Below are positions 21,690 through 31,074 of a stretch of DNA of 36,287 nt, piece after piece. The stretch is from Trypethelium eluteriae (taxonomy: Eukaryota). Below the pieces are notes generated by a model. It ran no database searches and was not told the DNA's origin. It worked only from the letters and a program-made list of their open reading frames with translations. Both the position numbers and the translations under genes were made by a program. The stretch covers positions 1 to 36,287 of the forward strand of contig JAVECL010000204.1 of the NCBI GenBank assembly GCA_051942245.1, given 5' to 3'. How positions within the stretch are numbered: position 1 is the first letter of the stretch; each line of letters starts with the position of its first letter.

Positions 21690-24674
21690 ATGACAATTCT
21701 TCAATCCACGGAGCGAGAAGCAGTCGACAGATCAAGCAGGTCTCTTATACGGCTAAGATTGAGGCAGCCCGGATCCAAGTTACAACTTAGGCCAAAAGCT
21801 ACCTCTGTACACATCGTTCTCTGGGTCACTCTAATCGTTCACTTCTCTGAGCCGGAGACCTTGGAAGCCCGTCCGCTGTCTGCACGTGACCATGTTCCTG
21901 GCCTCCGGATATGCAGCCCCACCTCTCCCACGGACGACAATCTAATACAGATTTTCCCATATTCGTTACGTGCCCTACTGAGCCCATCTCGCATGCATCC
22001 CATAAGATATGGGTCCAACAGGCCCTCAGAAACCACCGAATTCCTAAGCTTTCCCACTTAAAATATACACATTCGCTTCAGGGCCTTGTCCGTGTTGAGG
22101 CAGGAGTATGGGATGGACGAGCAGTTTCTGATCGAAGATCCAAGCTCGGAATTGAAGGATCCTGTGCACCGAAAACGAAGGGCCAGAAAAGAGTCTTGGA
22201 AGCAAGATTTTTCATGGAAGACCACTGTGGAGAGATTCCTGAGCAAGGTGCCCGTTGGTCGCACTTGGCGTCAGAGGCAAGTCGAGCTCGGTCTCAATGA
22301 TACAGCGAGTTATCGCTCGGTCATGTTGAATCTCGTCCGCTTTCAAACGCCATCAGCAAGCCGATCGCTCAGCTCGGAAGAGCACATGTCCGAGATCATT
22401 AGAGCGTATGCTATGCTTGAGATGTCCCTACCGAATCCGCTTTCTACATCTATTCGGCACTTCCGGACTCTCGTGTTATTCTCGCTGTGCGCGGTATTAG
22501 TAGCAAGACGTCTACCTACTGACACCGTCGACGCTGCATTAAAGGTTTACCTGACTGGGGGCGAGGCATGGCATCTCCAGAGACTGCGACGCGCTGCTGT
22601 CTGGACAAACAAGCTCATCGTTCGCCTGTCCGAAGAGGGATGGAGTCTGGCGAGGGCCACGGAGCTGTTCTTCTTATGTGATTTACCCTAGCCTATATTG
22701 TGAGCCCATGCTAATACACTTTACCAGGTAGTCAGAACATACACACTTTATGTCGTCTCCAACACACTGAATCTTCCAACTACATACTTGAGCGCTTATG
22801 CCAACCGGAATATCTCGAACCTGAGCTTACAGACTGTGTTCAGTTGACATGTACCATTTCCGAAATAGTGTACTGGGTGGCCACTACTTGTAGGATTGGA
22901 TTCGGCGAGGTGTGCGAGGTTCTTGGGTATACTGCTGTCAGTTGGAAAGCAAACACTGGACACGGTCGAGATGACTTGGCATGGAGCCTGGACATTATGG
23001 CGGGCTCTGTAGATGAGAGAGTTGCGAATCTGTGTAGGCAAGCGCCATATTCAGTGTTCTTATTGCTCTTATTGTACAGCCTCTTTGGTACTAGCCCATT
23101 TTCCGAGGTTCTCCTTCAGGATGGATTAAAACCAAGACGGCAGTGGAATGAAAGCGGCCAGCTTGAAAGCTTGGACATTGGCCAAATTGGTCTTCCACAC
23201 CCCTTCTCTCATCTCTTCACAGAAACTCTTCGATATACTCATCTGCGGCAACTCCAGAATTTCGGAGTGCTTAAACTACACGCGGGGTTTTACCAGATTG
23301 TAAATACTTATGATGATATATATCTTGCTTCTATCCCAGGATTCTGGTCCGAGCAAGCGCTGCGACTGGGCCGTTACTACTTTGCAGGGAGCTATCTAAC
23401 ACCAAAGTAGGCTTATCAGCATCTATCTTCTCCTCGTAGGCTAATTTTTCTCCAGGTTTACGACTATTGGAAATTTGGCGCTACCGCATTTCCAGCAATT
23501 GCAAGGGATCTTCTTAGCTCAAAGCTGTTTCTTACCCCAAGATCTGATACAGGACTTCACCCAATCCCTTCTCAGCGCTTCGACATTCTCTAATCAAACC
23601 TGGAAAGAGGAGGCGCTAAGGACTGTTACTAATGTCATTGGATCTTCCACGAGCATGACAATTCATGCAGAAATCGCGTACAGATACAGCGTACTTTGGC
23701 GTTGTACAGGAGACTTATCTTTATCTGATCAGGTGATTTACCAATACTTCACGAGATTTTGTCAAGCAGAGAGCGCGCAAGACTTTATTGAGAAAACATC
23801 CGGCAAGTCAATGGCATTCCGCGCTAAGGGAGGCTCTTTGATCATCTCACTTGCCCAAAATGCCTTCCAACGTGGTAATACTTCAGCAGCTGGTAAGTAT
23901 ATCAGCCTAATGCTCGCAAAACTTCATCATGTTCATGAAAGTACGCTTATGGCCTTCGTTGTTCGTAAACTAAACCTCCTTCGAGGGAGAATATTATTTC
24001 ATGAACAAGAATATGCAAAAGCAGAAGAATCCTTCCAACTGGTCTTTCGAGCTTATGAGCCAACCAATCCCAACCAAATGGATGTTCTTTCTTACCTAGT
24101 GGATCTGTACTGCGAACAGGGCAGATTGGAAGAGGCGATACGTGTATACGACAGGGCGAGACACTGCCCAGAAGAGTCCCGGAATCTCTCTTTTAGGAAT
24201 TTTCGAAGATTACAGATTGCACAAGCAGATGCGTGTATTCGGCTGGGCGACCTTGATCACGCCGAACAAAGTTTGGTCAAGCTTGCGCGGTTCTTTGAAG
24301 ATAATCCGGACGTCACCGACATCCGACTCAATTACGCTCGTGTCCTGATCCTACTTGCGCGGAAGGCTCACTATGCTGCTACTTTGGATGGTAAGTGGGG
24401 ACAAGCCCAAGCTTGCTGGCTTAAAGCTCAGTCCATTTGGATGAAAGGCAATCAAGACAGGAGTGGTTTAGACTTCGCTGTCATATCGCTTTCAATCTGC
24501 GATACGGCTTGGGAGATGGGACAAGATGTGACTCGAGATCTAGAAGAGGCAGTGTATATCCTCAAACATCTGGATGAAGGGGGGCGATGTTGGATCAGAG
24601 GCGATGGCACGGATTGGTTTGACTGGGTAACCTTCAGATTGCAAGCTAAAGGCTGGCAGGGTATGTCCAAATAG
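21690..24674 (+). CDS. Multi-exon protein, paralog B: shared helical domain + NLR-like helical linker + TPR repeats
   Basis: Introns 22678-22727 and 23407-23455 join ORFs 22086..22691, 22844..23410 and 23475..24674 in frame. TPR-like segments include LVDLYCEQGRLEEAIRVYDRA and ADACIRLGDLDHAEQSL. Start is uncertain (ATG 21690 via an intron at about 22013-22081, or ATG 22113). Confidence 0.8.
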
Positions 24675-24896
24675 CCAAGAGGCAAGCTTGCCATTGAACT
24701 CTGGACTAGACTTTTGAGATATCGCGTATCGTATAAGCGGAGGCAACTTTTGCTGCCTCTTCCAAGATGGATCACAATAACTCTGGAGGGTTCTTGCGCT
24801 GACTGTGACCATCCTCCCAGGTGCCGTGGCTTAAGCACTAGGACTGATCTTACATCTTCTCCCACTTCGCACATATCGATTCAATCTCCAAAAGTT

Positions 24897-25133
24897 TCAG
24901 CAAATGGGACAGATAGAAGTCAAGAAATTACTCGTGAGTTGATGAGCTCGTGTGGCACACAGGTTTATCGTAGTGAAATGCTCCTTTCTGAACTTCTCCC
25001 TCCCAGCCAGCGCCCGTCGGTTCATCGCGACAACCTCCTTGTATTTGCCTTGGCCTCGCAGCACCGACGCCACTTTGCTCTCACTCATCAGTGTCAGGAT
25101 GTTCCTCCCCCAGCTTGCCCGTTCAGAGAACAT
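24897..25133 (-). pseudogene. Isolated TPR fragment of the kinesin-light-chain-like type found in fungal NLRs
   Basis: TLMSESKVASVLRGQGKYKEVVAMNRRALAGREK..EH..T matches the typical fungal NLR TPR unit (TLxSxxxLAxVLxxQGKYxEAExMxRRALxGREK). It is a single unit with no NTPase domain nearby. Confidence 0.75.
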
Positions 25134-25309
25134 TAATTACGATTTAGCTACTGCATCGTTGACCATGTTTGGCGGAGGAGATTGCAGGGAATGCAATTGG
25201 ATCCGTGAAGTCTACAATTTATCTCTCCAAGCGAGGCCCGAGTGAGTCATCACGATAGTTGTTAGGACAACAGATATCAATGTCTTTAGTTACAAAAACT
25301 ATTCCAGGC

Positions 25310-26359
25310 TCATTTACTTTGCCTTGCACGCTTGGGATCTTTAAAAGCGTCATGACTAAGCTTCTCAGTAATCGGATGCTTCCGCGTGGAATTACTCGTC
25401 AAACAAAACTCTTCAAAAATTTCCTGTACCCTGGTACCTTTAATTTCAAGTACATCCATCTTTTTTTGTGATGTGGCGCGGCGCATTGTGAACCTTAGAT
25501 TTCGTTCGGACCGGTTATGACTTAGCAACACACCCAGCGCATTAACGCTACGATGGGAGATAGCCTCTCTGATGAGATGTCTGAGCAGTCGTCTTCCACA
25601 TGGCTCCAGCGTCAGCGTATATTTTAGGAACAGGCAATCCTCAACCCTTACGGCACACCTCATGCACTCGTATAAAAAGCTCTCCGAACACTTCATTGCA
25701 ACTTTCAGGATTGCTTGTCCTTGTTCAGTCGATAAGAGGATCTGTATGTGCGGAATCATACCTAGGAGCGTTTGAGGGGTTGGAATTATCAAGATCACTC
25801 CGGTCTGAAACGTGTCCAGGTCAGGCCAATACCGTTTGTGCCTGTTCAGGAGAATATCTCTGCCTCGATCGTCATGGTTGTCTAATGCAAACATCAAACA
25901 TTCAAGGTAAAACCATATGTCGTGAAATAAATCTGGACCACAGACTGGAGGATCTAGAGCTTGCAGATCATCTTGATGTCGAGTATGTCGAGCGTACTGA
26001 TGTTTGCAAGCTGGATCAGAGAAATTCTCAAGATCCCACAAAGGCGCCGACACTTTTGCCCAGGCGTCGCGCCACTCCAGAGCATCACAGATATTCAGGA
26101 ATGTCCTTTTCGCACCACCTTCGCGGCACAAGTTCCGGAGTCCCAAGTGTCTAGATAAAGCCTCTTTGATGAATTCGGACATCCGAGAATCCAGGGTGTC
26201 TGCCTCTTGAATTACCAAAGGTAGGTCCGAGAATAGAATTGATCCGACAAGTCGCTCATGTAGCTGTGGCACTTTCACCATGCTTGAAATATCTGATGTG
26301 CTGATATGCGCAAGGATTTGGCTGAGAATCTCAGTTGGCATTTTGAGTAGATCAGGCAT
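25310..26359 (-). CDS. F-box-like domain protein
   Basis: N-terminus MPDLLKMPTEILSQILAHISTSDISSMVKV fits the F-box pattern (LLxLPxEILxxI). The C-terminus is helical, possibly degenerate ankyrin-like. ATG at 26359. Confidence 0.65.
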   Translation of the reverse strand: MPDLLKMPTEILSQILAHISTSDISSMVKVPQLHERLVGSILFSDLPLVIQEADTLDSRMSEFIKEALSRHLGLRNLCREGGAKRTFLNICDALEWRDAWAKVSAPLWDLENFSDPACKHQYARHTRHQDDLQALDPPVCGPDLFHDIWFYLECLMFALDNHDDRGRDILLNRHKRYWPDLDTFQTGVILIIPTPQTLLGMIPHIQILLSTEQGQAILKVAMKCSESFLYECMRCAVRVEDCLFLKYTLTLEPCGRRLLRHLIREAISHRSVNALGVLLSHNRSERNLRFTMRRATSQKKMDVLEIKGTRVQEIFEEFCLTSNSTRKHPITEKLSHDAFKDPKRARQSK

Positions 26360-26613
26360 TGTCAACTTGAGAGGCAATGTCAACGCGGTATTTGGCGCAT
26401 AAGCGTTCGAGGCCCTCAATTAGGAGCGGAGCGCAGAGCAACAAGAGAAGCTCTAGAACAAGCGCAAGAGGGTAAATAAGCAGAATCGCTATGTTTCTAG
26501 TGTGTCGCCGAGGTGGCAAGTGCCTAAATAGAATCTGTGCTTAGGCAACAGTCCGCCAAGTGACCAGGGTGGTAATTGTGAGCAAGGTGCCGTGGAGCTG
26601 ATCGAGGCACACA

Positions 26614-26890
26614 ATGTCTCACATGGTAGCCGACTGCGGCGCAGCTACAGAAATGTACAGTAAGCTCGTGGTTTGGCAGAAAAGGCATGGCCTCTTTTTC
26701 CGGAACTTATTGTTTCCTTAGTGTGGGGTCGGAATGAGGGCTCCTAGGACCAGAACAGGCGACTGCCCGAAGCCACGATCCTAGCTGCGTTTTTGTGGGT
26801 CAATGGTATGATCCTGGTAACAAATCAGAGGTATCAATAGCCCAGAGTCAAACACGCTTTTCAAGGGATACCTATCCATGAAAGTTCTTA
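26614..26890 (+). pseudogene. Degenerate 'KLVVW' family gene, copy 3 (fragment)
   Basis: Reads SKLVVWQKRHGLFF, then a frameshift, then SLVWGRNEGS*DQNRRLPEATILAAFLW. Confidence 0.5.
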
Positions 26891-27660
26891 GGCTGAGAGT
26901 GCCATTAATCAGGGGTTCACTGATCATGTTCGGAGTTGGTTGGAAAGCTTCTTCAATCCTAGCACGGACAGAACGGAAAGAATCGCTCGAAGCCGTTGGT
27001 AGTCGCGAGATTGACTGAGCTTGAGATGCCTGATGTTGGTTGCGTTGGGATCTGCCTTATGATGTCGGCACTCTGTTACCGCAAGAATCGGGGCGGTTTA
27101 AATCGGAGTGAAGAGCAAGTGTGGCACGGTATGCAGTAGATGATATTAATGACATCACGGTGAAAGTATGCCGTGACCCCGGGGGTGGAATGAATAACGC
27201 CAGTGCACCTTAGTAGAAATTGACGGAATATGGTGTAACGTAACGCAAAGCCGTGAGTATATAACAGAAGCAACTTATCTCGGAAGAACTTTGTGAACTT
27301 ATCACTAGCCATATGTGTAAGTCCGTGTTAGCCGATGGGAGAATTTATGCATCATCCAAATTGGAACGATTGTATGCTCAGAGGGGTATCCTCGGAAACG
27401 TAAAGTTCTTTCTTTGCAGATATAGACCCATTTGAAAAAAAGAAATCCCTCCCTACGGAAGCACCAGACACAAAATTCGCATTTCCCTTGTCGCTGACAT
27501 GTCCAAAGTCCGAGATCCGGTAATCGTAGACACTTGAGTTCAATTTGTCTCCGCCCGCCTTCTCGACCGCTGCCAAAGTTGGAGGAGTAAACTCATTTGG
27601 CTAAATTATACGTGGATTTGCATACTCGCAAGAGTAGCCAGATCGCTGTCGCTTGAAAGT

Positions 27661-27825
27661 TCATCGCTTTGTCGAGCAGCTGCGGCAGGTCTTAAGCTTG
27701 CAATAGTTGCATTCATAGATAAGCCAGTGAGGACCAGAGTGGCAAATGTTGCAGTGCCAGAGAATGAGGGTCGTATCGGATTTGATCATCTTGAAATCGT
27801 GGGCGCATTGTTCTGGAACCGCCAT
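27661..27825 (-). CDS. 54-aa Cys/His zinc-finger microprotein (C1/DC1-like spacing)
   Basis: MAVPEQCAHDFKMIKSDTTLILWHCNICHSGPHWLIYECNYCKLKTCRSCSTKR-TGA, with three CxxC pairs plus His. TATATA lies about 150 nt upstream (27974-27979). It is below the ORF-track length cutoff. Confidence 0.8.
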   Translation of the reverse strand: MAVPEQCAHDFKMIKSDTTLILWHCNICHSGPHWLIYECNYCKLKTCRSCSTKR

Positions 27826-28901
27826 CGCCGCGATTGGTTGAATGCTGAAAATGTCAGGGGCAGATCAAGTTGCTAAAAATTTTTAATAATAAAAATAAAG
27901 ATGACTGCTTAGCACAGTTTTCACAGGCCCTCGACGGAAGTCATAAGACACGGCTCACGCCAAGATCCCCCGGTATATAAGCTTTATTTCTAAGATGGGC
28001 TCATCATTCTTGGCTGGGGCATGAAGCCTGTGCGATCACTAGATGAAGGTGGCTATCAGTATGCCATCATTGGATAATTTTGATGGGCTAATTGGGATCC
28101 TCTACCTACCACGTTGTGGAGACTTGCTCCACAGGGGTCTGCAGCACTACGATATCTGCATGTCCAACGCCAGCGAGACGGACTCTGAAATTCTGCATGA
28201 CTCGAAAACCAGCCTTCGTTAGTGTATCGGGGGGGTTGCGAGATCTTGGAAAGGGACCATGGATGTTGGAGTAGGAAACACGACGGTCATCGGATGCGAG
28301 TTGAATTGCGACACTAATTACAGAACTTTGAAATATGATGCAATAGCGAAATCGGGATCCACCAAGATGTGATTTCAAACTCTTCTTTTGGCCTTTTTAA
28401 AGAAGCATGTTTGTGAGGTTCCAAATGACGTATTGAGGGCATGGAGCTTCTAAGCGATACCCAGGGGCGGCTCCATCTGGCGAAGGACTTTGCTGTAATA
28501 ACCTTGACCAACGGGTGGTTATGCTTTGGTGCCACTATCGAGGAAAGGTGGGCTAGTCCAAACATACCAAGGCGAAAGCTTGACAACTCTGGAATAGTGG
28601 TTTTGACCTAACCCGTGTCAACTCTAGCCTTAAATGCCCCTGGCTCGGTCACTCTCTCCTGTTTTTACCAGCCCCGCGCAGTCACACAGACAGTCGCCAT
28701 ATAACGCCATGGCTCTTGAGACTTGCCTCAAAGAGACGTTTAGTGACTCACAGCGCATGTCCTTCAAATTCACCAACTTGGGTGCCAAAGTAGTCGGCCA
28801 TAAGGCTGATCATTTCTTAGCATAAGCCGCAAGCGAAATTCTCACTCGGTGTTTGTCTTTTGTCTCCATATCCAACCTAAAATTCGACTCGATCTATCAG
28901 C

Positions 28902-30215
28902 ATGGCTCCAGTTCGACGGACGACGAAGAGCGCAGCGAAGAGGGACACACGCTTAGCCGCAGCTGCAAACACGAGTAACGAGGACCTCATCGTCGAAGAG
29001 GTCAAGGCCGACAAAGAGCAGCCGTGTCTACCCGTGGACCGAGAGCAAGAAGTCCACGAAACGAAACCAGACCACCCTATGCCCTTCCCCTTGATTCTGG
29101 ATCCACATTACGTATGCACGACCCCGGGCACGGCAGAGCTGAAGCATGCCGTGGTTGCCAAGGTCGAACTCACTTCTGAGGAGAAGGAGCACGCCCTGAA
29201 GGCCCTAAGCCTCGTCTTGCAGGCCGCTTGCGATTTCAATCTGTCTGATCTGGGAGGGCTTCCGAGTTCGCTGGACCGCGACCGCGATATAATCTGGGAT
29301 TGGCGTTCTATAGAGCTCTCAGCAAACGAATACGGCGCCTTCGCGTATGGCGTGGTTGAGCACTCGAGGCTGAGACGCGCCCTGGATATCCTGTCGTACG
29401 ACTGGACTCCCCTCGACAGCTTCAAGGGCATCCTCAGCGTGCGCAAGAAGTGCGGCTTCCAAAGCCGGCTGACCCGGGCCCTGACCGACGTCATCGATGA
29501 AGCCATGTACAATAACGAGCTCCTGACGTCGCTGGCCGAATGCGTGGGACTGGATCACCGGTTACGCGCGTCGGTGCTGACAGGTACCGTCGAGGGCGTT
29601 CGCACGCCGTGCCGCTGCTGGCGCTATACGCCCGAGAGGGCGAAGTTAAGGAAAAGCCAGCAAAGCGAGAAGGAGAAAGAGGAACAGGAGGAGGGTGATG
29701 ATGAGGATAAGGAGGAGAATGAGGAGGGAGCTCGGCCTTATGACCGCGTCCAGGACTTTGTGCTAGAGGTGGGTATGGGCGATAAGACGCCGGAACTGAG
29801 GGCGCTGGCAGAATCGTACATCAAGAGGGGTACGCTGTGTGTCATGACAGTCAAAATGGAAAATCATGGGGAGCTCAATTTTGCTTGGTCGTACTCGCTG
29901 TACCGCCGCGGCAAGGCGAGGTATTCCCCGGGACAGGTCACAACGTACGACGTGGCTTACGACGCGCAGGACGTACGGGCTAAGACGAATAAGCACATGT
30001 TGATCAAATTCCCTGCGAGACTGACGCTGTTTGACTTCATGCCGTCCAGCGTCTTGAAAAAGCATGGTGTGACTGACAAGAAAGACGAGAAGGCTGCCAT
30101 CAATCTAAGTATGAGGTCAGCAGAATTGAGCGAGATAGGAGCAACGCTGTTTGAACTTTGTCGCAGAGGGAAATCGGTATCAGAACATTTAGAGAAGCTC
30201 AAAGAGCTATTGTAG
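28902..30215 (+). CDS. Uma2/PD-(D/E)XK restriction-endonuclease-like protein, possibly catalytically altered
   Basis: Intronless, GC-richer 437-aa ORF. FVLEVG...ELRALAESYI...CVMTVK resembles the Uma2-like EVG motif and following helix/strand. Contains an acidic insert. Confidence 0.55.
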   Translation: MAPVRRTTKSAAKRDTRLAAAANTSNEDLIVEEVKADKEQPCLPVDREQEVHETKPDHPMPFPLILDPHYVCTTPGTAELKHAVVAKVELTSEEKEHALKALSLVLQAACDFNLSDLGGLPSSLDRDRDIIWDWRSIELSANEYGAFAYGVVEHSRLRRALDILSYDWTPLDSFKGILSVRKKCGFQSRLTRALTDVIDEAMYNNELLTSLAECVGLDHRLRASVLTGTVEGVRTPCRCWRYTPERAKLRKSQQSEKEKEEQEEGDDEDKEENEEGARPYDRVQDFVLEVGMGDKTPELRALAESYIKRGTLCVMTVKMENHGELNFAWSYSLYRRGKARYSPGQVTTYDVAYDAQDVRAKTNKHMLIKFPARLTLFDFMPSSVLKKHGVTDKKDEKAAINLSMRSAELSEIGATLFELCRRGKSVSEHLEKLKELL

Positions 30216-30477
30216 AAGTGGGAGCCGGATGCAACTTTCTCGTATTAGCCGCATTATTGACTATAAAAATGTAGAGAAAGCCGTTTCTGCCCTCAAATGC
30301 ATGGTGCTCAAGCTTATCACATTTTCCAGGCTGAGACAAACCTTTAGTATCATATATCACCCACAAATGCCCTTGGCAAACGCCGCCCCAAATTTAGGTG
30401 CAGTCAACAAAGCGTTTTGTATCTATGTTTGGACTGGATTGCTTCTGCTACTTAGCATGATGAGAGATGCCTGACTT

Positions 30478-30558
30478 CTTGGCAAACTCGTCTCTCACAG
30501 CGTTTTGGACATACTGTGCCAGCCCTTAGCTTGCAATCTGAAGGCTACCCAATCGAAC
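30478..30558 (-). repeat. Inverted partial copy of the 3' end of the TPR gene (about 24618-24690)
   Basis: Minus strand ttcgattgggtagccttcagattgcaagctaagggctggcacagtatgtccaaa versus tttgactgggtaaccttcagattgcaagctaaaggctggcagggtatgtccaaa. Confidence 0.85.
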
Positions 30559-31074
30559 TGTGCAACGCTGCCTTGATACCTGGTGACGACCGGACTCCAC
30601 CCAGATTCAGAAAATATTGAAACCGATCCTATAGTCATGTTCAAAATGGTCAATCGTTTCTGGATTCATATTGCTACTCGAAACACTATCGTGGCAGACA
30701 CGTTAGGAAGCGCAGGGCAGCCTTGGTAGCTTTGCTGACCACTTCTGCCCTGGAATAGGGATATGTTAAGGTGGCGTTGACATGGCCCAACCATGGTCAC
30801 AACAATAAGGTAAATTTGAGGTAACATTGCATTGATTATTACCGGTTGAGGAACTCCCCGACCGCGGTGAGGTAGCGAGAAGTCCTTCGATCACGTGCAA
30901 AGGCCGCGGGTCAGTCCTATCTACCTTCGCCTTCGCGTCCGTCGAGAAACTATCTCTTTGAGTCCCATCCCAAAGATACTCATTTATTTTGAATTTGGAT
31001 ATGCCAACTTTCTATGATTGACATCGACGATCGAAAACCTTCACCAGCTACCTCAGGGTTGCAGAAGTTTTGAC

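Noticed and set aside
27076..27576. ISDFG and FHRD as protein kinase motifs
   Set aside because: They occur in the wrong order and in different ORFs, with no other kinase motifs.
28000..28590. Short minus-strand ORFs as a gene
   Set aside because: Multiple stops and frame changes with no recognisable family; at most an unidentifiable remnant.
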